Shown piece after piece: positions 26,774 to 36,599 of a stretch of 64,000 nt of DNA. The stretch is taken from the NCBI GenBank assembly GCA_963751455.1, contig CAVVUN010000002.1, forward strand, positions 512,001 through 576,000, read 5' to 3'. The position numbers were made by a program, and so were the translations under genes. The DNA comes from Nitrospirota bacterium. Its GTDB lineage: Bacteria > Nitrospirota > UBA9217. Numbering within the stretch: the first letter of the stretch is position 1; each line of letters opens with the position of its first letter. The notes beneath the pieces were generated by a model. The model made no database searches and had not been told where the DNA came from. It was given only the letters and a program-made list of their open reading frames with translations.

Positions 26774-27541
26774 ATGAATGCCGGGGAACAATTGCCTAAG
26801 CTGATCCTGAACAAGACTGACCTCCGGCTTGTCGAGCCCGGCATTTACTCCCTTGACCCGCACGGCGAAAATGCCAACGCATATGACCGGCTCTTCGGGT
26901 CGGTCTATGATCTCGTGGCTTGCAACCGGTTGTATAACCGCATCGTGTGGGGCTACGAGACAGCCAAGTATCACAACCTCTGTCTTGATGCCCTCGAATC
27001 ATCAACCGGCTGGGTGCTCGACGCCGGATGCGGGTCGCTGGCCTTTACGGCACGGGCCTATGTGGCCTGCCCTGTACGGCCCGTTGTGCTGCTGGACCAA
27101 TCGATACATCTTCTCAGAATGGCCAGGCAACGGCTGATAAAACTGAACGGCACTGTTCCGCAAAATATGGTATTTGTGCGCGGGGATGTTCTCCATCTGC
27201 CGTTTAAACCGTCGAGCTTCGACTCTATTCTTTCGTTGAATCTGCTGCACGTGCTCGAAAGTCCGGTCGCCGCGCTGATCGAACTGAGAAAGGTGCTGGC
27301 GCAGAGAGGAACACTCCATTGCACAACCCTGGTCAAGTCCGACCGTTTTGCGGACCGGTATCTTGACAGGCTCGCTGCGTCAAAGCTGCTTGTGCCGAGA
27401 CATGCCGAACAGGTGGCCGAATTTTTCGATAAGGCAGGGCTGGATAAAATGTATAGTATCAGCGGCAGTCTGGCAACCATTCGCGCGAAGGCCAAGGATA
27501 CGAGTTGGATGAGCAGTACATGGCGGATTGCGCGGGCCTGA
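26774..27541 (+). CDS. Class I SAM-dependent methyltransferase
   Basis: VLDAGCG, GDVLHLPF..SSFD. Confidence 0.85.
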   Translation: MNAGEQLPKLILNKTDLRLVEPGIYSLDPHGENANAYDRLFGSVYDLVACNRLYNRIVWGYETAKYHNLCLDALESSTGWVLDAGCGSLAFTARAYVACPVRPVVLLDQSIHLLRMARQRLIKLNGTVPQNMVFVRGDVLHLPFKPSSFDSILSLNLLHVLESPVAALIELRKVLAQRGTLHCTTLVKSDRFADRYLDRLAASKLLVPRHAEQVAEFFDKAGLDKMYSISGSLATIRAKAKDTSWMSSTWRIARA

Positions 27542-27986
27542 GGATTACGAGTCAACCAGTTTCATATCAGCGTTGCTTCTCCGATTCGCTATAGACATGC
27601 TGAAGACTACTGCTTTCGGAAGCAAGCGGTCGCACTTATTTTCGTCTCGGGCAGTTCATGACCGAGCAGCGAGCGCAATTCTCCTCGTCATTTTTTTCGA
27701 GACCGAACGGAATCATCTCTCCGCATACGCAGATCCAGCCGTCGGATCTTTTCGTTTCCAGTTCTTCATCACAAAAAGGGCATGCAAGCATGCGGTCCTC
27801 CTTCCTTTCTGAAATGATAACCCGAACGGGCCCCGACAGTTATGATATAGATCAGGTAAAATGCATGGACAGCGGAATTGCAGAGTGCAAATTATAGATT
27901 GCAAAATGCAACTTCAAGGTTTTCTGATTTCCCTTGCAAAAGGTTCGAATGTTCGATACTATTCCGATAAAGGAAATCGGAATCCC

Positions 27987-28853
27987 ATGCAGATCAATAA
28001 GCACGTTCATGCAATCAAGATACCTTTCACCGTAATGACGCCGTGGGGCCTCATGGAAAGGTTTGTTTACGTTTATCTCATTTACGGTACCAACGGAGTC
28101 TGCCTGATCGATACAGGGGTTGCGTCTTCCGAACAGGCGATCTTCAATTACCTGAGGTCCACGGACCGGAGGGTGAGCGATATTTCGCTGATTATCCAGA
28201 CGCATTCTCATCCGGACCATATCGGCGCGTCGCGCACCATCAAAGGAGAAACGGGATGCTCTGTCGCGGCACACCCCGCGGAAAAGGCCTGGATCGAGAA
28301 CGTCAAACTGCAGGCGGCCGAAAGGCCGGTGCCCGGTTTCGACTCGCTTGTGGCAGGCTCACTGGTGGTGAACAGACTGCTCGAGGACGGCGAGGTGTTC
28401 GACCTGGGCTGCGGCCTCAAACTGCAGGTCTTCCACACCCCTGGCCACTCGAAAGGCTCGATTTCCATACTGCTGCTTGGATACATGACGCTCTTTTCGG
28501 GGGATGCCGTCCCTGTTCCCGGCGAGATGCCCATATACGAAGATGTCCTTGCTTCCGTCGCATCGATAAAAAAGCTCAGGGCGGTCGCTGATATCCATTA
28601 TCTCCTTCCGTCCTGGGATGAACCGCAGAAAGGGCCCATGGCCTACCAGAGGATGGATCAGGGACTTGAGTATATTCAGCGCATTCATTCCGCGGTCAGC
28701 AAATGCTCTCAAGATCTATCCAAACCCGACGCCATGGAAGTATGCGGCTGCGTGCTGAAAGACCTGGGATCCCCTCCGGAACTCGCAAACCCTCTCATGG
28801 CTCGGTCCATTGCCGCCCACCTGGCTGTCCGGAATCAGACATCCATCCTGTAG
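27987..28853 (+). CDS. MBL-fold metallo-hydrolase
   Basis: LIDTG, THSHPDHIG, HTPGHS.GS, FSGDA. Confidence 0.9.
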   Translation: MQINKHVHAIKIPFTVMTPWGLMERFVYVYLIYGTNGVCLIDTGVASSEQAIFNYLRSTDRRVSDISLIIQTHSHPDHIGASRTIKGETGCSVAAHPAEKAWIENVKLQAAERPVPGFDSLVAGSLVVNRLLEDGEVFDLGCGLKLQVFHTPGHSKGSISILLLGYMTLFSGDAVPVPGEMPIYEDVLASVASIKKLRAVADIHYLLPSWDEPQKGPMAYQRMDQGLEYIQRIHSAVSKCSQDLSKPDAMEVCGCVLKDLGSPPELANPLMARSIAAHLAVRNQTSIL

Positions 28854-29242
28854 CAGGGCGATGACGGCGTCACTTGGCGACGCGGATAATGGAAGTTTGG
28901 GCAAAATCTTTTTTCTGTCAAACGACAAGACAAGATGCAGCAGCTTTTACTTTTCCAGACACCCCTGCATCCCGTGAGCACGGCCTGCATTCGCGCTTCG
29001 CACCCATAAGCACTTGCCCGCAGGGTGTCCGCGCATTACCATGACCAGCAGCAGAGTCGGTTAACCACAAATCGTGCATGCGCGTGCGTAGCGTAGCGAA
29101 GCTCAGCGCGATGAGCGGCTGAGTCGACAGGTAGAACTTAAGACAATCTGGCATGTTTGCGCGGCGCTGAGAACGGCGGTGCAGAAGAAAAACAAGGATC
29201 CTGCACAGCCTGAAAGCCTTACGGGTTCAGGATCCTTCTCCC

Positions 29243-29878
29243 TTATATATCTCTCGACGGACAGATGTTGTACAGGACGCACTCCTTGTGCTTCGGTTTC
29301 CGGGCCACGCAGACGGCACGGCCGTGGAAGATAAGAAGGTGCGCGAGCTCTCCCCACTCCTCCCGCGGCGTCACCTCCATCAGATCCTTTTCTATTTTCA
29401 CGGGCTCCTCGTGCTTTGTCAGGCCGAGCCTGAAGGCAAGCCGTGTCACATGCGTGTCCACTGCGATCCCCTCATTGATGCCGAAGGCGCTCGAAAGCAC
29501 GATATTCGCGGTTTTGCGGCCTACACCGGGGATCTCGACGAGCTGTTCCATGGTCTGGGGAACGTTTCCTCCGAACTTCTCCACGAGCATCTTCGCCGCT
29601 TTATTGATGTTCCCTGCCTTGGTGCGGAAAAAATTAACGGGTCGGATGTCGGCGGCAAGCTGCTCCGGCGAAGCATCCGCATAATCCAGCGCTGTCCGGT
29701 ATTTCTTAAAAAGCCCTTCTGTCACCTTGTTCACGAGCGCATCGGTGGTCTGTGCCGAGAGTATTGTCGCTATGAGCAGTTCGACCGGGGTCGAAAAATG
29801 GAGGGCTGTCTGCGGCGTGCCCGTGTATGCTTTTTTCAACCGCTTCAGTATCTGGGCCACCTGCTTTTTCCTGTCCAA
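29243..29878 (-). CDS. nth: Endonuclease III
   Basis: LIATILSAQTTD, HhH PGVGRKTAN, AVDTHV, C-terminal Fe-S loop. Confidence 0.94.
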   Translation of the reverse strand: MDRKKQVAQILKRLKKAYTGTPQTALHFSTPVELLIATILSAQTTDALVNKVTEGLFKKYRTALDYADASPEQLAADIRPVNFFRTKAGNINKAAKMLVEKFGGNVPQTMEQLVEIPGVGRKTANIVLSSAFGINEGIAVDTHVTRLAFRLGLTKHEEPVKIEKDLMEVTPREEWGELAHLLIFHGRAVCVARKPKHKECVLYNICPSRDI

Positions 29879-29912
29879 TTGGGTTCCTCGCTTTCTGTGC
29901 CCTCAGCACTCG

Positions 29913-30596
29913 TCAAAGCCTGCTCCGCTTCGATTGAAGGCTGTTCATCACGGCCGGGAGAATCGCCAGAAGGGCCAGGACTGCGAAGGCGGCGATCACT
30001 CTCGCGGAAAGTATGTCGCCAGGCGAATCTATGGATCCTATCTGCCGGCCCGCATATGCATAGACTGCCGTGCCCGGGATAATGCCAAGTGCGGTTGTCC
30101 AGACGAACGTCCTTAACCGCACAGTGGTGAACCCGGACAGGATATTGATCAGAAAAAACGGAAAGGCGGGAATGAACCTCAGGGTAAGCAAAAAGCTTGT
30201 TCCGTTCCTGGAAACCTCTTCATTGAACCTGCCCAGTTGCCGTCTGTATTTGTTTTGGAGCCACTCGCCGAGCAGATAGCGCGCCGCGAGGAAGGCGAAA
30301 GCCGCTCCGAGCGTGGCTCCTACATTCACATACAGAATCGCCGGCAGCACGCCGTACAGAAAGCCGCCGGCGAGCGTCAAGACGGTTGCACCCGGGATAG
30401 ACAGCGCGGTCACGCCCACATACGCCGCAATGAATGACAGAACCGAAACAACATAGTGAGTACGCACGGTCTCCCTGAGCGCGTCGCGCTCTCTCTTTAC
30501 CGTGTCAAAGGTCAGCATATCGGCCATAAACAGAAAGCGGGCCGCGGTGATTGCGGCAATGAACACAATAAGAAGCACGATTTTTCTTTTCCGCAT
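29913..30596 (-). CDS. TVP38/TMEM64 (DedA/VTT) membrane protein
   Basis: SIPGATVLTLAGG, LRFIPAFPFFLIN, GIIPGT. Confidence 0.9.
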   Translation of the reverse strand: MRKRKIVLLIVFIAAITAARFLFMADMLTFDTVKRERDALRETVRTHYVVSVLSFIAAYVGVTALSIPGATVLTLAGGFLYGVLPAILYVNVGATLGAAFAFLAARYLLGEWLQNKYRRQLGRFNEEVSRNGTSFLLTLRFIPAFPFFLINILSGFTTVRLRTFVWTTALGIIPGTAVYAYAGRQIGSIDSPGDILSARVIAAFAVLALLAILPAVMNSLQSKRSRL

Positions 30597-30640
30597 ATCT
30601 CTCGGTCTCTGCCGGCCGCTCCTGAAAGCGGCCTACACGC

Positions 30641-31321
30641 TTACGGTTCTTTGAAAATATTTTCCCGTAAAAGATAAGCCAGTGTCCGCGACTCATGGAA
30701 TGCGGTATCTTTTGTCCTTTCATACAGCGCGCGGAGATCGTCCACGGTGTCTACATCCCTCCAGCGGGGCGCAAAGTGTATCCTGGCCGGATAGCTTTTC
30801 AATTTCTCAATGGTTGCCGGGAAAACCGTGTTCGTGCTCCATGCGATGCCGTTGAAAATGCGCGGCGCAAAGGTGCTGTCGTTAAAGCCGATCAGGTAAT
30901 ATCCCCCGTCCTCGGCCGGGCCAATGACGACATCATTCGCCTGCAGTGACTCGAAGGCATCGAGGATTACATCGGCGGTCAGGTCCGGGATGTCGCTTCC
31001 CATCAGCACTGCCCGGTGCCATCCTTCCGAAAAAACCCGGCTGAAGGCATGCTCCATTCTTTCTCCCAGGTCCCTTCCTTCCTGCGCCATGCACTGATAC
31101 TGCGGACCGAGCAGCACGGTCACGGCATGCCGGGTCCAGGCCGGATAAAAAAATATCCGGAAGGCGCAGCCTGTTTTTCGTATGGTCTCGATGCTGTCGA
31201 GAACAAAGTTGCGATACAGCTCCAGGGCTGCATCCTGGCCCAAATCCACAGCAAGACGTGACTTGACGAGCCCCTTTATCGGGCCCTTTATAAACAGAAG
31301 GATGACGCGTTTTTCAGTCAT
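30641..31321 (-). CDS. DUF2064 / TIGR04282-type glycosyltransferase-like protein
   Basis: [38 protein letters not shown]. Confidence 0.88.
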   Translation of the reverse strand: MTEKRVILLFIKGPIKGLVKSRLAVDLGQDAALELYRNFVLDSIETIRKTGCAFRIFFYPAWTRHAVTVLLGPQYQCMAQEGRDLGERMEHAFSRVFSEGWHRAVLMGSDIPDLTADVILDAFESLQANDVVIGPAEDGGYYLIGFNDSTFAPRIFNGIAWSTNTVFPATIEKLKSYPARIHFAPRWRDVDTVDDLRALYERTKDTAFHESRTLAYLLRENIFKEP

Positions 31322-31463
31322 AGGGATTAATACTGCATATTTCAGTATTGCACAAAAGGACAGGGAGTTCAAGGGCGCCCGGGCCGCCTCCCTAAGGACG
31401 CGCAGTTGTTCAAGAGGGACATCATTCAAATGCGCTATACTAAAAGTTGAGGAGTGGGATGCT

Positions 31464-31694
31464 ATGCCGAAAGAAGATGCTATAGAGCTTCGCGGAAAGG
31501 TTCTCGAGGCGCTTCCCAATAACATGTTCAGGGTAGAATTAGAGATGGGCCAAAAGGTTCTGGCATACCTTTCTGGAAAAATGAAAGTGCGCCATGTCAG
31601 GGTCGTTCCCGGCGACACGGTAAAAGTGGAAATGAGTCCGTATGATCTCTCACGCGGAAGGATTACATTCCGTTTGAAAAGTGAAGCGGCGTAA
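31464..31694 (+). CDS. infA: Translation initiation factor IF-1
   Basis: [20 protein letters not shown]...SGKM....[24 protein letters not shown]; GAGGAG RBS. Confidence 0.95.
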   Translation: MPKEDAIELRGKVLEALPNNMFRVELEMGQKVLAYLSGKMKVRHVRVVPGDTVKVEMSPYDLSRGRITFRLKSEAA

Positions 31695-31867
31695 CGCGCT
31701 TTTAATCCGGACCGCGCTATTCTGTTCGGCACTGAAAACAGACAACCCCTTTTCCGACCTGAATTTGCAACAAAGGCCACTTACAACTCATATCTTACCT
31801 TCCCTGGATTTTTTATCTCTACAATTCGTTTCATTTAGCGTATAATTCAACTCAAGAAGGACAATTA

Positions 31868-32917
31868 ATGGTTCATGCGGAGCGTAAAAAATTATCGGTC
31901 AGCAGGTCCTTGTTCCTGACGCTGATCCTGGGAGCATTCGCACTCGGAATATTTATCGGAGCAGGTACGATGGGACTGACCCCGTCGCTGCAGGCCGACA
32001 AAGGCGAGGAGTTTGCCGCAGGCAGGGAGGAAGAGTTCAGGTTTATCCGGACGCCGATTGGACCGAAGGAGCCCGGAGCCAGGCGTCCAAGCAGGGAATT
32101 GCCCCCTTTCAGGTATAAAGTCGACGCGGCCATTGAAGAGAAAATCCGAAAGGGTGAGGCCTCGTCCATTTCTTTTTACTTTCGGGACCTGGTCAACGGA
32201 AACCGGTTCGGCATCAGGGAAAATGAGAAATTTTCACACAATTCTTTTTTAAAGCTGCCGCTCATGATTGCGTACTTCAAATGGACCGAAACGAACCCGC
32301 TTGTCCTGAGAAAAACCCTGATGTATCAGCGCACGGACCAGCTCCCTGAACGAAAGAATATCAAACCTGTTGCCGTGATTGAACCGGGAAGAAACTATAC
32401 CGTGAACGACCTGATATTCAGGATGATCGCCTATGACGATTCCGCAGCCTGCGCGCTTCTGTCCGCTAACCTGCCGCCGGGCCGCCTTCAAAAGGTTTTC
32501 AAAGACCTGAACACGGACTACGATCCCCAGAATGACGGCAAGGAGGAAACCATTTCCCTCAGCGCATTCGCGTCGTTCTACCGGGTTCTGTTCAACGCAT
32601 CCTATCTCTCCGAGGAGATGTCTGAAAAAGCCCTTCGCTATCTTTCAAAGTCGACATTCCGCGACGGCATGGCTTCCGGCGTGCCGCAGCAGGTCGATAT
32701 CGCAAGCAAACAGGGCGAGCGCGTCATACTGGTAACGAGCGATGATGGGGATGAAGAGATCTGTCAGCTTCACGAATTCGGCATCATTTATCATGCAGAC
32801 CGGCCGTTTCTGGTCGGCATCGTGGCACGGGGAGACGATTTCCCAAGCCTGGTGAAGGATGTTCGCGACATTACCCGCCTGGTCTATGAGGAAGTGGACC
32901 AGCAGTCCTCGTCTTAG
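31868..32917 (+). CDS. Class A beta-lactamase-like serine hydrolase with degenerate motifs
   Basis: YFRDL, SFLK (SxxK), YDDS at the SDN position, KQG at the KTG position, HEFGIIY. Confidence 0.75.
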   Translation: MVHAERKKLSVSRSLFLTLILGAFALGIFIGAGTMGLTPSLQADKGEEFAAGREEEFRFIRTPIGPKEPGARRPSRELPPFRYKVDAAIEEKIRKGEASSISFYFRDLVNGNRFGIRENEKFSHNSFLKLPLMIAYFKWTETNPLVLRKTLMYQRTDQLPERKNIKPVAVIEPGRNYTVNDLIFRMIAYDDSAACALLSANLPPGRLQKVFKDLNTDYDPQNDGKEETISLSAFASFYRVLFNASYLSEEMSEKALRYLSKSTFRDGMASGVPQQVDIASKQGERVILVTSDDGDEEICQLHEFGIIYHADRPFLVGIVARGDDFPSLVKDVRDITRLVYEEVDQQSSS

Positions 32918-32938
32918 ACTGAAGGAAATCCTTCCGTG

Positions 32939-33820
32939 TCAGATATCAATCGAAGCGCCAATCCCGAAAAATCGCTCCGTATATTGGAAAAATTCGCCTA
33001 TCAGAGGACGTCCCGAATACACTTCGAGATCGAAGCGCCATATCTTTCCGTCGCAGTCGATGCGGTACCCCGCCTGGAACGAGGCGTCTATTCGCCAGTC
33101 CCGTTCCTGCATGGATGAAAGATCGAGTCCTGCATACCAGCCGCGCCGACCGTTGATCCGGAAATCGGCCGGCTGCCATTCGCCCCCGACCTGGAAGCGT
33201 CCTGGTTCCTGAAGCCTGTCGTTGCCCATTAAAAAACCCCACGCCGCTTCTGAATAGAGTCGCCAGCGCTCGTCCATTAACCAGCTGAAGCCGCCGGCCA
33301 ATTCATGCCGGGTATAGCCGATCCGGCGCATTCCTGTACGCTCTTCATATTCATCGCCAACATGGCTTGAATCGTGGGACAGCATAATTTTGTAGGATAG
33401 GTCCTGCCGGGGCGCCGCGGTCAGCAATATCCCGTATTTTCCGTCCCATCCTATGTTGTCGAGCGCTTGATCCAAGTCGAACTGCGCGTTTACCCCGATC
33501 TCGCCGCTCAGCTGCCAGGGGGTCAGTGCGTGCCATTGCCCGCGCGCGAACCCGAAACGCCCTCCTGCCTTCACGTCCGAACGGTCATTACCGGTGTGGG
33601 GAATTGTGGTCCTTGTATAACGAAAAATATGGAAACCGAAGCCTACGCGGTGCACGTCGGCTGCATACGGAGCGTAGAGGTCCCCCGGCGGCAGCCAGAA
33701 CGTTCCGGTCGGCGAAGTGCCGGAGGTTTCTACGGCCGGCGGCGACGTCACATCGTGTGCAAACAGACTTGATGTCCGGAGGCAGAACAGAACGAGGAAT
33801 ATCAGGAGTCGGCAGATCAT
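32939..33820 (-). CDS. DUF1207-like outer-membrane/exported protein
   Basis: Signal peptide, HDSSHVGDEY motif, amphipathic beta strands; start chosen at ATG 33820. Confidence 0.7.
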   Translation of the reverse strand: MICRLLIFLVLFCLRTSSLFAHDVTSPPAVETSGTSPTGTFWLPPGDLYAPYAADVHRVGFGFHIFRYTRTTIPHTGNDRSDVKAGGRFGFARGQWHALTPWQLSGEIGVNAQFDLDQALDNIGWDGKYGILLTAAPRQDLSYKIMLSHDSSHVGDEYEERTGMRRIGYTRHELAGGFSWLMDERWRLYSEAAWGFLMGNDRLQEPGRFQVGGEWQPADFRINGRRGWYAGLDLSSMQERDWRIDASFQAGYRIDCDGKIWRFDLEVYSGRPLIGEFFQYTERFFGIGASIDI

Positions 33821-34244
33821 AAAAATTATTTTTTGCAAAGGAAGAGAACATAATGCCAATTGCCAAAATATGAGAATCACGAACTGCAGAGGGAAGTTCA
33901 AAAGTTTATTTCCTCTGCACTGCCTTTCAGAGGTGAATATGCCCAAGCAGGAGGTCTGGAAAAAATCCGGAAAAAATGTCGTCTTTTTAATTATCCTGTC
34001 AGTCACCGGCAGTGTCAATACGCTCGAAGAGATTTATTCCGCCCAAGTTTCTTTTTCGCGATGCGCTGAACCTGCTTTCAAAAAAAGGGACGAAACGGTG
34101 CTACACTAAAAAATATTGCCTTAAAACCTATTAAATCCATACGACTATGGTTATCATTAGCGTCCCGTCTCCGAGTATAAGGGCCGTGTACCGGCTGAAA
34201 TGGAAAGCATGGTGAGAATGACGGATAGAGACGGCGGTGAAATA

Positions 34245-34820
34245 ATGCCAGGTCTCTGGCTGCTTTACCTGCTGGCAACAACTCTGGCTGCAATTTTATT
34301 TGGCGCATGCAGCGTCACCCAGTTTAAATCGCTTCAGCCGGGTCTTGAGCAGCGAGGGCATCATATAAAAGGCGTTACATTTTATCCTCAAGGTCAGCAT
34401 ACGTGCGGTCCGGCCGCCCTTGCCGGAATCGCTTCATACTGGGGGCGAACAATAAACATGGGCCGGATCGCTGCGGACCTGTACATTCCCGAGCTTCGGG
34501 GAACGCTTCCTGCGGATATGGAACGCTTGCTGCGTGAAACGGGGTTCATAACAAGCTCCTTCGCCGGCACGCTCGATGACGTGAGGGCGCGCGTCCTCGA
34601 GGACATTCCGGTCGTCTGCCTTCTCGATTTCGGCTTCAGCGTGTATCGTCAGCCTCATTACGTCGTGGTCATCGGCTTTGACGACGCGCACGAGGTGGTC
34701 ATCGTACACGATGGGCTGAAGGAGAACAGGCTGATCAGGTATGAGAAGTTCATAAACGAATGGGAACGGGCTGGCAACTGGATGTTGGTAGCCGTGCCCG
34801 CGGACAAGGACAAGCAGTGA
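34245..34820 (+). CDS. C39-like cysteine peptidase lipoprotein (PA2778-like)
   Basis: Lipobox FGAC, Q..HTCGPAALA, HYVVVIGFD. Confidence 0.8.
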   Translation: MPGLWLLYLLATTLAAILFGACSVTQFKSLQPGLEQRGHHIKGVTFYPQGQHTCGPAALAGIASYWGRTINMGRIAADLYIPELRGTLPADMERLLRETGFITSSFAGTLDDVRARVLEDIPVVCLLDFGFSVYRQPHYVVVIGFDDAHEVVIVHDGLKENRLIRYEKFINEWERAGNWMLVAVPADKDKQ

Positions 34821-34900
34821 CATGGCAGGTAAGCGATTCCAGCTCCTTGAAGGAAGAGAGTTCAAAATGAAGTCAACATGAGAAAAAGGAGGTGATCAAT

Positions 34901-35038
34901 TTGAAAAGCTTAAGTTGGATGATGACGATTATTGCGCTTCTCGCGATGGTTGCTTTTTCCGGCTGCGAGAGGCAGGAAACCCAGAAGCAGCCCGGCGGAG
35001 AACAGTCAGCGCCGACCACGTCGCCTACAGGAACTTAG
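34901..35038 (+). CDS. Small lipoprotein (45 aa)
   Basis: AGGAGGTGA RBS + TTG; MKSLSWMMTIIALLAMVAFSGC lipobox, then ERQETQKQPGGEQSAPTTSPTGT. Confidence 0.7.
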   Translation: MKSLSWMMTIIALLAMVAFSGCERQETQKQPGGEQSAPTTSPTGT

Positions 35039-35203
35039 GAGTCAGGGAAAGCCATTGACTGCTCTTCGTATGTCGGCCGAAGAGCAGTTATTTCTCTCGC
35101 AAAGCAGTTAGATCGCCTGGGACCCGGAATAGGCGAAAAAAAGAGGGGACGTCATAAAGAAACGGCAGCAAAATGTAGACGTTTCCGGACTGGCATCGGT
35201 TCG

Positions 35204-35836
35204 TTATTTCTTCACCCCGCTCACCGCTACGAAGGAGCCCTTCCCATGCCCTTCCTCAACAGGTTCAACGGCCGTTAGTTCCGCGAGGGGATGGAATATC
35301 GTCTGCCGGTATGAAAAGCTCCGAAAGCCTGCCTGTTGCAGAGCGGATACGATTTCTCCCACGGAATAGAATGTAGCGTCCTTATAAAAGGCGTTCTCGT
35401 CCTTTCGCGCCTGATACGCCTTCCCGAGCGGACTGGCGCGGTCCACAAAACCTACCACGAACGAACCGCCCGGTTTCACCACCCGGTGCACTTCCTCAAA
35501 CGCCATGCCCATATCGTCCAGAAAGCAGACCGTTGTAACCATGAGCGCGAAATCGAATTCCCCGTCCCGGAAGGGAAGATGCTCGGCGACCCCATGGAAG
35601 ACCTCAATGCCCTTTTTCCGGGCAAGCTCGGTCATGGAACGGGAAGGTTCAACCCCTTTTGCGATGCCGAGCGGTCCGGCAAACCGGCCGGTCCCAACCC
35701 CGATCTCGAGGCCGTTTCTGTCAGCGGGCAGCAGGTCCCGGACAGCGTGCAACTCAGAGATGTAGGCAAACGGGTTTTCTACAAACCACTGTTCATACCG
35801 CTCCACGTTTTTATTGAATGCGTTAAGGCCCGCCAT
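35204..35836 (-). CDS. Class I SAM-dependent methyltransferase
   Basis: LEIGVGTGRF, AEHLPF.D..FD. Confidence 0.9.
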   Translation of the reverse strand: MAGLNAFNKNVERYEQWFVENPFAYISELHAVRDLLPADRNGLEIGVGTGRFAGPLGIAKGVEPSRSMTELARKKGIEVFHGVAEHLPFRDGEFDFALMVTTVCFLDDMGMAFEEVHRVVKPGGSFVVGFVDRASPLGKAYQARKDENAFYKDATFYSVGEIVSALQQAGFRSFSYRQTIFHPLAELTAVEPVEEGHGKGSFVAVSGVKK

Positions 35837-36104
35837 AGGTTTTTGTTTACCCGTATGATATTAGTTTATCAGGGGTATCATGCCCGGGTCAAGACTGGAA
35901 GACCGTAGAGCAGGGCTTCCTGCAACAAGTATCCGGACTCGGGAAATAGTACTCCCGAAATAGAAATGGGTCAAGAAGGCCGCTGAAAAACGGCGACTGA
36001 ACCGAAGCTCGCTCGCTTTATCCCACAGATCCCGGCTCGCCGTGCTATACTAAATTAGGGCTTAAAAGGTCCTAATTAGATAACTGACAGGCAGGGAGGT
36101 AGAC

Positions 36105-36413
36105 ATGGGCAGCGTTAGTGACGTCAAAAAAACGAAGGATATTTGCGATCTCGTTTATACTGAGCTGGATGGTATGAAAAACAAGATCGTACTGATGCGC
36201 GAGCATATATCGAAAAGCTACGGCGCGGACAGTTATGTATCGACCATATACGACCGGCATCTGGCCGAACTGGTGGACGAGATCAACTGGAAACTCCAGA
36301 TTCTTTCGCATTCCTGTCCGTATGACTGGAAGGGCTCGGCTGATTTCGAGGGCGCGGTGCAGGTGGAGGACAGTGAGAAGCCCGAATTCTCACCGGGTTA
36401 TCTCGGCGGATAA
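36105..36413 (+). CDS. Hypothetical helical protein
   Basis: GGGAGG RBS, 102 aa. Confidence 0.7.
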   Translation: MGSVSDVKKTKDICDLVYTELDGMKNKIVLMREHISKSYGADSYVSTIYDRHLAELVDEINWKLQILSHSCPYDWKGSADFEGAVQVEDSEKPEFSPGYLGG

Positions 36414-36599
36414 GGGTCTGATTGGGCACCCGGGAAGCCGGCAGGAATAAAATGCACGCTTTCCGGGTGTTATTTTCCGGGAAGATTATCCTGTCTGACA
36501 GGCGAAAAAACGCAGCGGCACGCGACGTAAAAAAGCAGGAGGTTCAGTTATTTTGCCGCCTTCATAAGACGCAGACAGGAAACATGCCTGCCGACTGTG

